64,000 nucleotides of DNA from Nannocystis bainbridge (GCF_028368995.1 NZ_JAQNDL010000002.1:1376001-1440000); one strand, 5' to 3'. Counted from the first letter of the stretch, positions 31,555 through 40,999 are shown. Translations and numbers: made by a program. The notes: generated by a model from the sequence alone, not told the origin.

Positions 31555-32550
31555 ATGTGGATCGCACGCGGCCCGACTGTCGCCGTCAGCTTCGCCGTCG
31601 CCATGGGCCTGGGGGGGTCGCTGGCCGCGGCGGCCCCCGCCGATGCGCTGTCGACCTGCCTGAGCCGGTGCGACCGCGCGCGGCTGTCGGACACGAACCG
31701 CGCGACATGTCGCCTCGATTGCGAGCAGGACGCGGCGACGGATCCGGAGCTTATCCGCTCGCAGATCGCGGCGCAGTCGAAGACGGGCGCGAAGCCCTCG
31801 TCGGCGCCGGGCCCGACGACGCCGACGCCGCGGCCAGGGCCGACGATGACGCCGGCGCCGGCGCTCTCCGGCCGGGCGGCGTGCAAGGCGGAGTGCGCGG
31901 CCGACCGCACGCTTTCGGCCGACGACCGGGCGACGTGTCGGCTCGAGTGCGATCAGATCGCCGAACCTGCCGGGCCGTCCGCGCGGCCGACGCCGGTGAC
32001 GAGCGGGACCACGGCGCTGCCGGCGAGCGGGCCGATCGCGGTGCCGACCGGGACGTACGCGCCGCCGAGCCTCGGCGTGGGATCGTCTAGCTTTTTGGCC
32101 ATGTGCCTCGAGACATGTCGCAAGGGACCGGTCCCGTTGAGCGCGACCGACCAGGCGACCTGCCGCCTGACCTGCGAGAACTCGGCGAGCGTGGTCGACG
32201 TGGCGCTCGATGCGGTGCCGGCGGTGTGGTTCGCGGCCGCACCAGCGCCGACGGTGATGACGGCGCCGCGACCTTCCCCGGTGAAGGTGACGGCGACGCC
32301 GACCGGGACGCCGAGCCCGCCGCGACCCGTGTCGATGGGGACGGCCGCGGCAGGCTCGTGCGAGGCGGCGCGCTCGACCTGCGAGGGGGCGTGCTCGAAG
32401 GTGCAGGCGCAGTGCGAACGCGGGTGCGGCAAGCAGAAGGTCGAGACGGACCGCGAGACCTGCAAGCTCGACTGCGGCGAGAACCTCGGGCTGTGCTCGG
32501 CCGACTGCACCGGGGCACACGCGAGCTGCGTGAACGGCCGGAGCCGCTGA
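31555..32550 (+). CDS. Secreted Cys-rich repeat protein
   Basis: GGAGG RBS, signal peptide, four CX3C...D(R/Q)xTC(R/K)LxC modules separated by Pro/Thr linkers. Confidence 0.8.
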   Translation: MWIARGPTVAVSFAVAMGLGGSLAAAAPADALSTCLSRCDRARLSDTNRATCRLDCEQDAATDPELIRSQIAAQSKTGAKPSSAPGPTTPTPRPGPTMTPAPALSGRAACKAECAADRTLSADDRATCRLECDQIAEPAGPSARPTPVTSGTTALPASGPIAVPTGTYAPPSLGVGSSSFLAMCLETCRKGPVPLSATDQATCRLTCENSASVVDVALDAVPAVWFAAAPAPTVMTAPRPSPVKVTATPTGTPSPPRPVSMGTAAAGSCEAARSTCEGACSKVQAQCERGCGKQKVETDRETCKLDCGENLGLCSADCTGAHASCVNGRSR

Positions 32551-32572
32551 GGGAGGCGGCGAGCGCTGTGCC

Positions 32573-33556
32573 TCAGCTGCGGGGGCTGGGGAGCGGGCGG
32601 GCGGCGAGGTCGAGCAGGGCGAGGCGCAGGGTCTCGCCGACAGCACCGAGGCTGCGGGCGTCGAGCTTGTCGCGGGTGTCGGCGTGGGTGTGCCAGGCCG
32701 GGTAGTCGTAGTCGATGAGCAGGATCGAGGGCACGCCGGCCTCGTCGAGCGGGACGTGGTCATCGAGCAGCGGCACGGCCAGCGGGGCGGCGTCGAAGGC
32801 CGTGAAGCCGTGCGCCTGTCCGATCGACCAGATCCGGTCGATGAGGGCCGGGTGCTGGGCCAGGCTGGCGAGGTCGGGCTGGACCCGCAGATCGCGGTCG
32901 CCGACCATGTCGAGGACGACGCCGAACTCCGCGCGAGCGACCTGGGGGAAGCGACCCTGGAGGACCTCCGTGGCCAGCGCGCGCGAGCCGGCGAGGTACG
33001 GGCCGACGTCGGGGCGGCCGAGCTCCTCGCCGTCGAACAGGATGACGGTGACGCCGACGTCGGGCGGGAGCTGGCGGACGAGCAGGGGCACGAGCTCGAG
33101 CACGACGGCGAGGCCGCTGGTGCCGTCGTTGGCGCCGACGATCGGCTGCTCGCGGCGCGCGGGATCGGGGTCGGACTCGGCCCACGGGCGGGTGTCGAAG
33201 TGGGTGGCGAGGATGAACCGGCGTGGCGCGTCGGGGCGCACGTGGCCGAGCAGCGTGGTCATGGCGAAGCTGACGCCGGTCTGTGGATCGGCGCCGCGAT
33301 GGTCGAGGCGATCGATCACCGTCGCGCCCGCCGTCTGCAGGTCCGCGGCGAGGGCCTCGATGGCTCCCGCGCGCCGCGCGTCGCCGAGAGCTCGCGGGTA
33401 GCGGTCGAGGAGGAGGTCGACGCGCGCGAGCGCGGCCGCGCCGGAGAACGGCTCGCCGGTGTCGCCGCTGGCGGCCAGGCCGGAGGCCGACGCGCCCGGA
33501 GGACGGCCGCAGGCCACGAGGAGGGCGGCGAGCGCGAGGACGCTGCGAGCGGGCAT
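32573..33556 (-). CDS. M28 peptidase/glutaminyl-cyclase-like lipoprotein
   Basis: LVAC lipobox; HFDTRP, GANDGTSG, FDGEE, LDMVG, DDH, WHT. Confidence 0.9.
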   Translation of the reverse strand: MPARSVLALAALLVACGRPPGASASGLAASGDTGEPFSGAAALARVDLLLDRYPRALGDARRAGAIEALAADLQTAGATVIDRLDHRGADPQTGVSFAMTTLLGHVRPDAPRRFILATHFDTRPWAESDPDPARREQPIVGANDGTSGLAVVLELVPLLVRQLPPDVGVTVILFDGEELGRPDVGPYLAGSRALATEVLQGRFPQVARAEFGVVLDMVGDRDLRVQPDLASLAQHPALIDRIWSIGQAHGFTAFDAAPLAVPLLDDHVPLDEAGVPSILLIDYDYPAWHTHADTRDKLDARSLGAVGETLRLALLDLAARPLPSPRS

Positions 33557-33678
33557 ACCTGGCCCCTGGCATGCCCTGCGGCGGCGGCGGGTGCAAGCGG
33601 AAAAAACGCCGGTGGTGCGGACGCTGGGCGGCTGCGCGGGGTGGACCGGGGGCCTCAGTGCACGATTCTGTCTCATTA

Positions 33679-33809
33679 GACATGTCGTAAAGGACATGTC
33701 TTGTGAGTCATCGTGTGCCAGGGGTCGAGCGGGCCCTCATGGACATGTCATGGACTCGGGCCTCGCGCCGAGAGACATGCCCTTCAGGACATGTCCCATG
33801 GTGCATGCG
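33679..33809. repeat. GACATGTC palindrome cluster with 14-bp phasing
   Basis: Cores at 33679/33693, 33742 and 33774/33788/33802. Confidence 0.85.
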
Positions 33810-33864
33810 CTACGCATCACCCCTGAAACATTCCCCGGACGAGCCGCGAGGCCACGGCTCGCGC

Positions 33865-34998
33865 TCAGGGCAGGCGTTCGAGCAGCTCGAGCGTGCGCGC
33901 GGCCTCGCGGGCGACCGAAGTGCGGGGGTCGCGGATGAACGCGGTGACGGCGGGGATGTCGGGGCGGCGGCCGAATTCGGAGAGGTTGGCGAGGGCGCCG
34001 ACGAGGGCCGGGCGGGGCGACTCGGGGTCGGCGAGGCTGGCGAGGGCGCGTTCGCGGTAGTCGATGGGGCCGAACCCGGAGGCGAGCAGGATCCGCGCGT
34101 GGTGGCGGACCAGACCCATCGAATCGAAGGTCGCGCGGACGAGGCCCTCCCGATCGCCGGCGGCCGCGAAGCCGCGGACGCCGGCGACGCGGACGGCGGG
34201 GTTGCGGTCGGCGGCGAGCACCGGCGCCAGCTCCTGCAGCACGGTCGACGGGGTGACGGCGGGGTCGACGGCGAGCCGCGCGGCCCACAGCCGCAGCGGA
34301 GCGTCGCGGCGAGCGAGCGCGGCGGCGAGGATCTCCCGCAGCTCCGGCTGCCCGCGGTAGAGGTCGGCGAGGACGAGGCCGGCGGCGCGGACCAGCACGA
34401 GGTCGCGGTCGCGGAGGCTGTCCCAAAGGGCAGGTCTCGCGGCGAGGCTGCGGACCAGCTCGACTAGCGCCTTGCGTTGGCTGACGCCGGTGCGGACCCA
34501 GTCGCGCATGCGCTCGACGAGCGGCAGGCAGTGGACCACCAGCGCGGCGTGGCGGGCGGTCAGACGCGGCTGGAGGCCGGCCCAGGCGAGGCCGCCGATC
34601 GGGCCGACGTAGTCGTTGAGGCGGTTGATGAGGAACGCGGTGCTCTGGCGGTCGACGCGAGCGGCGAGGCGGCGCACGGCGGCCTCGCGCGCGTGGCCGT
34701 CGCGCACCAGGCTGGCGATGCCGAGCGCGCCGCTGGTGGTGCCGCAGCGCTCGAGGCGCTCGAGGTCGACGGGGCGGAGGTCGAGGAAGGCGAGGCCGAG
34801 GTCGCGGTGCAGGCCGGCGTCACGGAAGGCCCGGTCGAGCGCGGGCACGAGGGTGACCGAGCAGCTGGCGAGGATGGCTTCGATGTCGGCCGCGGCGGAC
34901 CGCACGGTCGCCGGGCGGCGGTGGACCAGGTCGACGGCGCGGAGCAAGATCCGGGCGACCGGGGTGCGGCGTCGGAGCTCGCGCAGGTTCGCGGTCAT
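33865..34998 (-). CDS. HEAT-repeat-like helical protein
   Basis: DGHAREAAVRRLA, RLNDYV, D.NPAVR..G, DPRTSVAREA repeats. Confidence 0.7.
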   Translation of the reverse strand: MTANLRELRRRTPVARILLRAVDLVHRRPATVRSAAADIEAILASCSVTLVPALDRAFRDAGLHRDLGLAFLDLRPVDLERLERCGTTSGALGIASLVRDGHAREAAVRRLAARVDRQSTAFLINRLNDYVGPIGGLAWAGLQPRLTARHAALVVHCLPLVERMRDWVRTGVSQRKALVELVRSLAARPALWDSLRDRDLVLVRAAGLVLADLYRGQPELREILAAALARRDAPLRLWAARLAVDPAVTPSTVLQELAPVLAADRNPAVRVAGVRGFAAAGDREGLVRATFDSMGLVRHHARILLASGFGPIDYRERALASLADPESPRPALVGALANLSEFGRRPDIPAVTAFIRDPRTSVAREAARTLELLERLP

Positions 34999-35081
34999 GC
35001 GGTCATGCTGCCTCGACCGCGGGGGCGAGCTCCAGCGCGGGGCGAGTGGCTGATGTCGCGCATGCGGTGTATGCCTCGGCC

Positions 35082-35540
35082 ATGAGAGCAGACGCAGATC
35101 CCAGGGCGAATCCGACGGTGTACACGCGGCGCGAGCTGCTCGGCGCGAGCGCGGGGGTGGTGAGCCTCGTGGTGATCGGCTGCGCGGGCAAGCTGCCGCC
35201 CGCGCACGAGGTCGCGCCCGCGGGCGGCGAGGTGACTATCGCGCTCGCGGACGCGCCCGAGCTGGCTCAGCCGGGCGGGGTGATGACGCTCGCGGTCGAC
35301 GGGGTGAAGAAGCCGGTGCTGGTGGTCCGCGACGGCGACAGCTACGAGGCGCTGCTGCTCAAGTGCACGCACATGGGCTGCACCCCCGGCTGGAACGCGG
35401 GCGAGCGCAGCCTCGACTGCCCGTGCCACGGCTCGCGCTTCGACGCCCACGGCGCGGTGCTGAAGGGGCCGGCCAAGGCGCCGCTCGAGAAGTACGCGGT
35501 GACCTCGGACGGGTCGACGCTGCGCTTCCGCGTCGGCTAG
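35082..35540 (+). CDS. Rieske [2Fe-2S] protein, Tat-exported lipoprotein
   Basis: CTHMGC and CPCHGSRF ligands; TRRELLG twin-arginine motif; VIGC lipobox. Confidence 0.92.
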   Translation: MRADADPRANPTVYTRRELLGASAGVVSLVVIGCAGKLPPAHEVAPAGGEVTIALADAPELAQPGGVMTLAVDGVKKPVLVVRDGDSYEALLLKCTHMGCTPGWNAGERSLDCPCHGSRFDAHGAVLKGPAKAPLEKYAVTSDGSTLRFRVG

Positions 35541-35554
35541 GCGGGCCAGAGATG

Positions 35555-35774
35555 CGCGTGTCTCGAGGGACATGTGCGAAGGACCCTGTCCTTCTCTCCA
35601 TGGCCCAACGGACATGCTCCAAGGAGCATGTCCGAAGAAGCTCATGGCCCTACGGACATGCCCTGAAAGACATGCGCGAATGTACATAGCCTAACGAACA
35701 TGTGGCGAAGGCCATGCCCGAAGGAGCATGGCCCTCGCCACATGGCCTTGAAGACCTGCGCCTTCAGACAGGCG
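35555..35774. repeat. 14-bp-period palindrome array (16 units) between convergent genes
   Basis: Cores at 35555, 35569, 35583, 35597, 35611, 35625, then a +16 step to 35641, 35655, 35669, 35683, 35697, 35711, 35725, 35739, 35753, 35767. Confidence 0.93.
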
Positions 35775-35792
35775 GCCGGCCGCGGGGCGGGC

Positions 35793-37904
35793 TCACCAGA
35801 GCTCGCAGGCGTCCTTGGCGCGCATGGCGGCGCCGGGCTGGCACTGGAACGTCTCCGAGAAGGCGGGGAAGTGGGCCAGGGGGACGTTGACGCGCTGCTT
35901 GGGGGGGCTGTGCGGGTCGACGGTGGCGCGCAGGCGCTGGCTCTCGGGGGTCTCGTGGGTGCACCAGCCCTGGGCGAAGCCGATGAAGAACAGCTGCTCG
36001 GAGGTGAGGCCCTGGATCAGCGGCTCTTCCGGCTTCTTGCTGGCGTGCAGCTTGTAGCCGGCGTACGCGGCCTTGATCCCGCCGAAGTCGGCGATGTTCT
36101 CGCCGAGGGTCAGCTTGCCGTTGAGCTTGACCGCGGGCAGCACCTCGATGCCGCCGTAGGTCGTCTCGATGCACTTGGCGCGGGTCTCGAACTTGGCGGC
36201 GACGCCCGGGTCCCACCACTCGCGGAGGACGCCGTCCTTGTCGAACTTGCGGCCCTGGTCGTCGAAGCCGTGGCTGAGCTCGTGGCCCATGACCATGCCG
36301 ATGCCGCCGAAGTTCATCGCCATCGGGAACTCGGCGCTGAAGTACGGCGGCTGGAGGATGCCGGCCGGGAACACCATCTCGTTGGCGCTCGGGTTGTAGT
36401 AGGCGTTGACCAGCGCGGGCGGCATGTGCCACTCGCCCTTGTCGACCGGCTTGCCGACGCGGTCGAAGTCCCGCTGCAGCAGGAACTTGCGGATCGCCTG
36501 GCCGTTGCCGGCGTGGGTGCGCTGCAGCTTGAGCTTGCCGTAGTCGCGCCAGGCGTCGGGGTAGCCGATCTTGTTGTGCAGCGCCTGGGCCTTCTCGATC
36601 GCGCGCGTGCGGGTGGCGTCGTCCATCCACGCCAGCGCGGGCAGGCCGGCGGCGAACGCCTCCTCGATGGCGGCGATCATCTCGAGGGCGATGTCCTTGC
36701 TGGCGCCGGCGAACCGCTCCTTGACGAAGGCCTGACCGACGAGCTCGCCGAGGCCCATGTTGGCCCAGCCGACGCACCGCTCCCACCGCGGCGACAGCTC
36801 CTTGGCGCCGGTCAGCGCCGAGGTGAACTGGAAGTCGGCGGCGACGATGTCCTTGCTGAGGGCGGCCGCGCTGACGCGGAGGATGTGCCAGCGCAGGTAG
36901 GCCTGCAGGGTGGCGGGGTCGGTGCCGCGCAGCAGGGCGCCGAGCTTCTCGAAGTAGCCGGGCACGGTGACGTTGAGGTCGGTGCCGAGCTTGGCGTAGC
37001 CGAACGACTTGAAGAAGCCGGCCCAGTTGAGCTCGGGGTCGAGCTTGGCCAGACCCTCGACGCCGAGCAGGTTGTAGGTCTTGTCGGGGTCGCGCATCTG
37101 ATCGCGCGGGGTCTGCAGCTCGGCCAGCGCGGTCTCGAAGCCGACGATCTTGGCGGCGAGGTCGGCGGCGACCTCGGGGGCGTCGCCGAGGAAGCCGAGC
37201 ATGCGCCCGACGTGGGCCTGGTAGGCGGCGAGCAGCGACTTCGAGCGCTCGTCGGTCTTGAGGTAGAAATCGCGGTCGGGCAGGCCGGTGCCGCCCTGAT
37301 CGACGAAGGCGACGTAGACCTCGGGGCGCTTGGGATCGGGCTCGACGAACAGGTCGAACAGCGGGCCGTGACCGCCGAACAGGTCGAGGTCGAGGCCGCC
37401 GACGACGGTCATCATGGTGTTGGCGTCCTTGACGGTCTTGACGCGCGCGAGCAGGGGCTTGAGCGGGGCGATGCCGGCCTTGTCGATCGCGGGCTCGTCC
37501 ATGCAGGCGGCGTAGAAGGAGCCGAGCTTGGTCTCGATCGGGTCCTTGGACTTGCCGGCGGCGGAGCGCTCGAGGATCGCGCGCAGGACCTCGTTGTTGC
37601 GGTCGGTGACCTCGCCGAAGCCGCGGCCGTAGCGGGGCTTGTCGGCCGGCGGGGGGGTCTTCCGCAGCCAGCCGCCGCAGGCGTACTGGTAGAAGTCGGT
37701 GCAGGGGTCGACGTTGGTGTCGAGCGCCGCGAGCACGCCGGCGCCGACCGGCTCGCGGGCGACGAGGTTGGCCCGCTGCACCGGAGAGGGCGCCGGCGTG
37801 GCGGCGGTCTCGGGCTGGGCCGCGGGCGGCTGCGTTGAGGCAGGTTTTTCGCAGGCGAGGGCGAGCAGGGCCAGGGCGCAGTACGCGGGCGTCAGGCGTG
37901 ACAT
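35793..37904 (-). CDS. M13 metallopeptidase (neprilysin/PepO-like) lipoprotein
   Basis: LALAC lipobox; DPCTDFYQYACGGW, VNAYY, HELSHGFD, ENIADFGG, DPHSP. Confidence 0.95.
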   Translation of the reverse strand: MSRLTPAYCALALLALACEKPASTQPPAAQPETAATPAPSPVQRANLVAREPVGAGVLAALDTNVDPCTDFYQYACGGWLRKTPPPADKPRYGRGFGEVTDRNNEVLRAILERSAAGKSKDPIETKLGSFYAACMDEPAIDKAGIAPLKPLLARVKTVKDANTMMTVVGGLDLDLFGGHGPLFDLFVEPDPKRPEVYVAFVDQGGTGLPDRDFYLKTDERSKSLLAAYQAHVGRMLGFLGDAPEVAADLAAKIVGFETALAELQTPRDQMRDPDKTYNLLGVEGLAKLDPELNWAGFFKSFGYAKLGTDLNVTVPGYFEKLGALLRGTDPATLQAYLRWHILRVSAAALSKDIVAADFQFTSALTGAKELSPRWERCVGWANMGLGELVGQAFVKERFAGASKDIALEMIAAIEEAFAAGLPALAWMDDATRTRAIEKAQALHNKIGYPDAWRDYGKLKLQRTHAGNGQAIRKFLLQRDFDRVGKPVDKGEWHMPPALVNAYYNPSANEMVFPAGILQPPYFSAEFPMAMNFGGIGMVMGHELSHGFDDQGRKFDKDGVLREWWDPGVAAKFETRAKCIETTYGGIEVLPAVKLNGKLTLGENIADFGGIKAAYAGYKLHASKKPEEPLIQGLTSEQLFFIGFAQGWCTHETPESQRLRATVDPHSPPKQRVNVPLAHFPAFSETFQCQPGAAMRAKDACELW

Positions 37905-38127
37905 CGGGCGGGACGATGCCACAGCGCGCTCAGGCGCCGCGGGTTTCACGAAGTTAGACAACTCACCGCGGCGGCCGCGGCCGCTGGGGCCGGGCGACAC
38001 CGGCGGCGGCGCTCGGCCGCGATCGAGCACAAAAGGACAGCGCGGGTCCCTCGGCGCGCAGAGGCTGGCGAACGACATGGGACGGGCGCGGCGCCGGACG
38101 CAAACGGGAGGCAACGGGGGCGTGCTG

Positions 38128-38274
38128 GACCTGCCGCCGAGGGCAAGTCCATTCGCGCATGTCGTGATGGACATGGTCTTTTGGACATGTCAATAGGGAC
38201 ATGTCTGTTCGGCCATGTCCTCAGGGACATGGCGTTACGGACAGGTCAGACACGCCTGACCTTCGGGACAGGTC
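38128..38274. repeat. 14-bp-period palindrome array (11 units)
   Basis: Cores at 38128, 38142, 38156, 38170, 38184, 38198, 38212, 38226, 38240, 38253, 38267. The last unit overlaps the dehydrogenase stop codon. Confidence 0.93.
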
Positions 38275-39574
38275 AGCCGGCCCAGCCGTCCTCGACCAGG
38301 CCGGCGACGATGGCCCGCGCGCGGTGGCCCCAGATCGGGTGCGGCTCGGTGGCGAGGGCGTCGGCGAGGCGGTTGGCGGCGGCGGCGGAGGTGATGTTCT
38401 CGCGCTCGGCCAGCTCGAGCGCGCGGCGGGTGACGACGTAGACGGCGTTGTCCCAGTCGCGTCCGTAGTGGCGCTCGATGGCGGCGTCGTGCGGGACCGA
38501 GCCGTACTGCTCGTTGGCGCAGTAGACGATGCCCATGCGGTTGCACAGGAAATCGGGCACGTAGACGATGTCGCGCGCGCGCAGGGCCTCGCCGTCGCGC
38601 ACGTCGTCGAGGAGCTGGTTGTTGGCGGCGCCGCAGACGATGCGGGCCTGGATGGTCGGGATGGTGTCGGGGTTGAGCACGCCGCCGAGAGCGTTGGGCG
38701 CGAGGATGTCGCACGGCTCGGCGAGGATCCGGTTGTCGCCCGGCTCGGCCGCGACGACGGTGAGCGGGCTGCCGGCGAAGTCGCGCTCGAGCTGCTCGCG
38801 CCGCGCGGGCGAGAGCTCGCTGGCGAGGATCGAGCCGACGCCGCGCTGGAAGAGCTCGCCGATCATGGCGGCGCCGACGTTGCCGGTGCCCTGCATGACG
38901 ATCTTCCGGCCGGCGAGGGGGCCGAGGCCGAGGTGGGCGAGGGCGCCCTCCATCGCGCAGACGACCCCCTTGGCGGTCGCGGGCGAGGGGTTGCCGGCGC
39001 CGCCGACGGCCGGCGGGGTGCAAGTGACGAAGCGGGTGCCGCGGTGGACGATGGCCATGTCGGCAGGCCCGGTGCCGGCGTCCTCGGCGGTGATGTAGCA
39101 GCCGCGCAGGCTGGCGACGAAGCCGGCGTACTCGGTGTAGACGCGCTCGCGGAAGCCGACGTCCTGGTACGGATGGTCGACGTGGCGGGCGATGAGGCCC
39201 TTGCCGCCGCCCCACCACAGACCGGCGAGGGCGCTCTTGCGGGTCATGCCATGCGACAGGCGCAGGCCGTCGCTGAGGAAGCCGGCGAGGTCGCGGTACG
39301 GCCAGTAACGCAGGCCGCCCTGGCCCTGGCCGCGGGTGGTGTTGTGGACAAAGGCGCCGAACAAGGCGCCAGTGGTGGCGCCGACCTCGAGGAAGACGCC
39401 CTCGTGACGGTGGTAGTCGCGGGTGTCGCCGAGGAGGTGGCTCGCGATCTCGGCCAGCTCGGGGTGCGAGCCGCGGACGACGCCGTTCTCGTGGACGAAG
39501 TAGGCGCGGCGAAGGCCTAACGAGGTGAGGTGCGCGGCGAATGCTTCGGGGCTGAGGTCGACGAGGCGCGTCAT
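38273..39574 (-). CDS. Glu/Leu/Phe/Val dehydrogenase family protein
   Basis: GGLR, GMTRK, GGGKG, AEDAGT, QGTGNVG, PNALGG, CGAANNQL. Confidence 0.92.
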   Translation of the reverse strand: MTRLVDLSPEAFAAHLTSLGLRRAYFVHENGVVRGSHPELAEIASHLLGDTRDYHRHEGVFLEVGATTGALFGAFVHNTTRGQGQGGLRYWPYRDLAGFLSDGLRLSHGMTRKSALAGLWWGGGKGLIARHVDHPYQDVGFRERVYTEYAGFVASLRGCYITAEDAGTGPADMAIVHRGTRFVTCTPPAVGGAGNPSPATAKGVVCAMEGALAHLGLGPLAGRKIVMQGTGNVGAAMIGELFQRGVGSILASELSPARREQLERDFAGSPLTVVAAEPGDNRILAEPCDILAPNALGGVLNPDTIPTIQARIVCGAANNQLLDDVRDGEALRARDIVYVPDFLCNRMGIVYCANEQYGSVPHDAAIERHYGRDWDNAVYVVTRRALELAERENITSAAAANRLADALATEPHPIWGHRARAIVAGLVEDGWAG

Positions 39575-39790
39575 GTCTGCGTCGACTTTAGCCGCCGCGT
39601 CGCAGGCGGCGAGGGCCGCGGGGCCGTGAGGGCTCGCACCGACGCCAGGCGCGCGCCTGCGCCAGGTGAAGACGGGGCACGTCGAAGTGAGGGTCGCCGC
39701 CGCGAAAACGCGGTGGCGGGTGCCTGCAGACCAGGGGGCCGGACGGCGAGGGACGGGCGCGGGGAGGGCGATGCGCGAAGCGCTGCGCGG

Positions 39791-40999
39791 TCAGCCGGCG
39801 GCGCGCGGGGCGAGGCCGATGAGGCTCAGGCCCTTGACGCCGGTGTCCTTGTTGAGGGTGCCGTCGAGTTCGGCGAAGCGCAGCATCGGGTTGCGCGAGC
39901 GGTTCTTGCGGTCGCCGAGGCGGGCGCGGTAGTCGGTCAGCGGCTGGATCTGGTAGGCCCACAGCTGATCGGCGTGGATCCACTTCTTGCTGTAGATCGT
40001 GCGCAGGACCAGCGACTGCTCGTCGCCGATCAGCGCCTCGACGTTGGCGACGAACTGCCGGTTGTAATCGAAGTACTCCTCGGCGTTGCTGAAGTAGACG
40101 AGCCGCACCGGCAGACCGAACTGCTTGGCGGCGGCGCCGACCGACTGCAGCGAGTTGGGGCCGGTGAGGTCGCCGGCCATCATGCGCACGCGATCGGCGA
40201 GGAACATGCCGCGGATGTACTGATACATCTCGGGGTTCGACATCCACGAGGTCGGCTGCTCGCCCTGGTGGCGCCGGTAGACGCGCTCGAGGTGGACGTA
40301 GACGGTCTCGCGCGCGGCCCGGTAGAGCCGGACGATGCGCTTGCGGTCGGCCTCGGGCAGGTCGGCGTAGGTGGTCTCGAGGATCTTGACGCTGTCGTCG
40401 ACGGCGCCGGCGGACCAGCGATCGAACAAGATCTTGGCATCGGGCGAGGCCTCGATGAGGGCCTCGTAACAGCGGTGGAGGTCGACGACGCTCTGATCGA
40501 TGTCGAGCAGGAACATCAGCTCGCTGCCGGCCGCGGCCGCGAGGGTGTAGTTCTGATCGGAGCCGACGCCGACGTAGACGCCGCCCTTGCCGGCGACGTA
40601 CGGGAAGAACACGTCGTGGCGGACCTCGTTGCTCTTCATGTAGTGGATCGGCGTGGCGATGAGGCTGTCCTCGGGGCCAGCCAACATCGCCGCCCGCTGA
40701 TCGGCGGTCAGCGGGGCGGTGCCACCAGCGCCCGCAGGCGCGCCGGGCGGGGGATCCGCCGCAGGTGCGGCGGGCTCCGGCGCGGGCGTGCGCGGCGGCG
40801 GTGCGGGCGTCGGCTCGGGCGCGGGGCTGGTGCCGGCCGACAACGATTGATGGGCGCTGGCCGACGGCGCCGCTTCGGTCGGGGGGCGGCCGCCGCACGC
40901 GATCGTGAGCACGAGGCCGAGGCCGCACGCGAACGGGGTCCAGCGCTGAAATCCGCGGGAGAGGCGAGGCAAACTGCGTGGGCGCGGCGGGACCGGCAT
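39791..40999 (-). CDS. Hypothetical lipoprotein, possible Rossmann/methyltransferase-like fold
   Basis: LTIAC lipobox, Pro-rich linker, then SNE...GGVYVGVGSDQNY...LLDID...GDL...YFSNAEEY. Start approximate. Confidence 0.7.
   Translation of the reverse strand: MPVPPRPRSLPRLSRGFQRWTPFACGLGLVLTIACGGRPPTEAAPSASAHQSLSAGTSPAPEPTPAPPPRTPAPEPAAPAADPPPGAPAGAGGTAPLTADQRAAMLAGPEDSLIATPIHYMKSNEVRHDVFFPYVAGKGGVYVGVGSDQNYTLAAAAGSELMFLLDIDQSVVDLHRCYEALIEASPDAKILFDRWSAGAVDDSVKILETTYADLPEADRKRIVRLYRAARETVYVHLERVYRRHQGEQPTSWMSNPEMYQYIRGMFLADRVRMMAGDLTGPNSLQSVGAAAKQFGLPVRLVYFSNAEEYFDYNRQFVANVEALIGDEQSLVLRTIYSKKWIHADQLWAYQIQPLTDYRARLGDRKNRSRNPMLRFAELDGTLNKDTGVKGLSLIGLAPRAAG

Noticed and set aside
31190-34998. 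Integrative element at the tRNA pair
   Set aside because: No integrase, no duplicated tRNA 3' end and no compositional shift seen downstream.
35555-35774. CRISPR interpretation of the phased arrays
   Set aside because: The period is only 14 bp, there are no 25-45-bp unique spacers, the repeats are degenerate and no cas genes are in the window.
38128-38274. The core GGACATGTCC equals the p53 half-site RRRCWWGYYY
   Set aside because: Treated as coincidence; no p53-like protein is evident.
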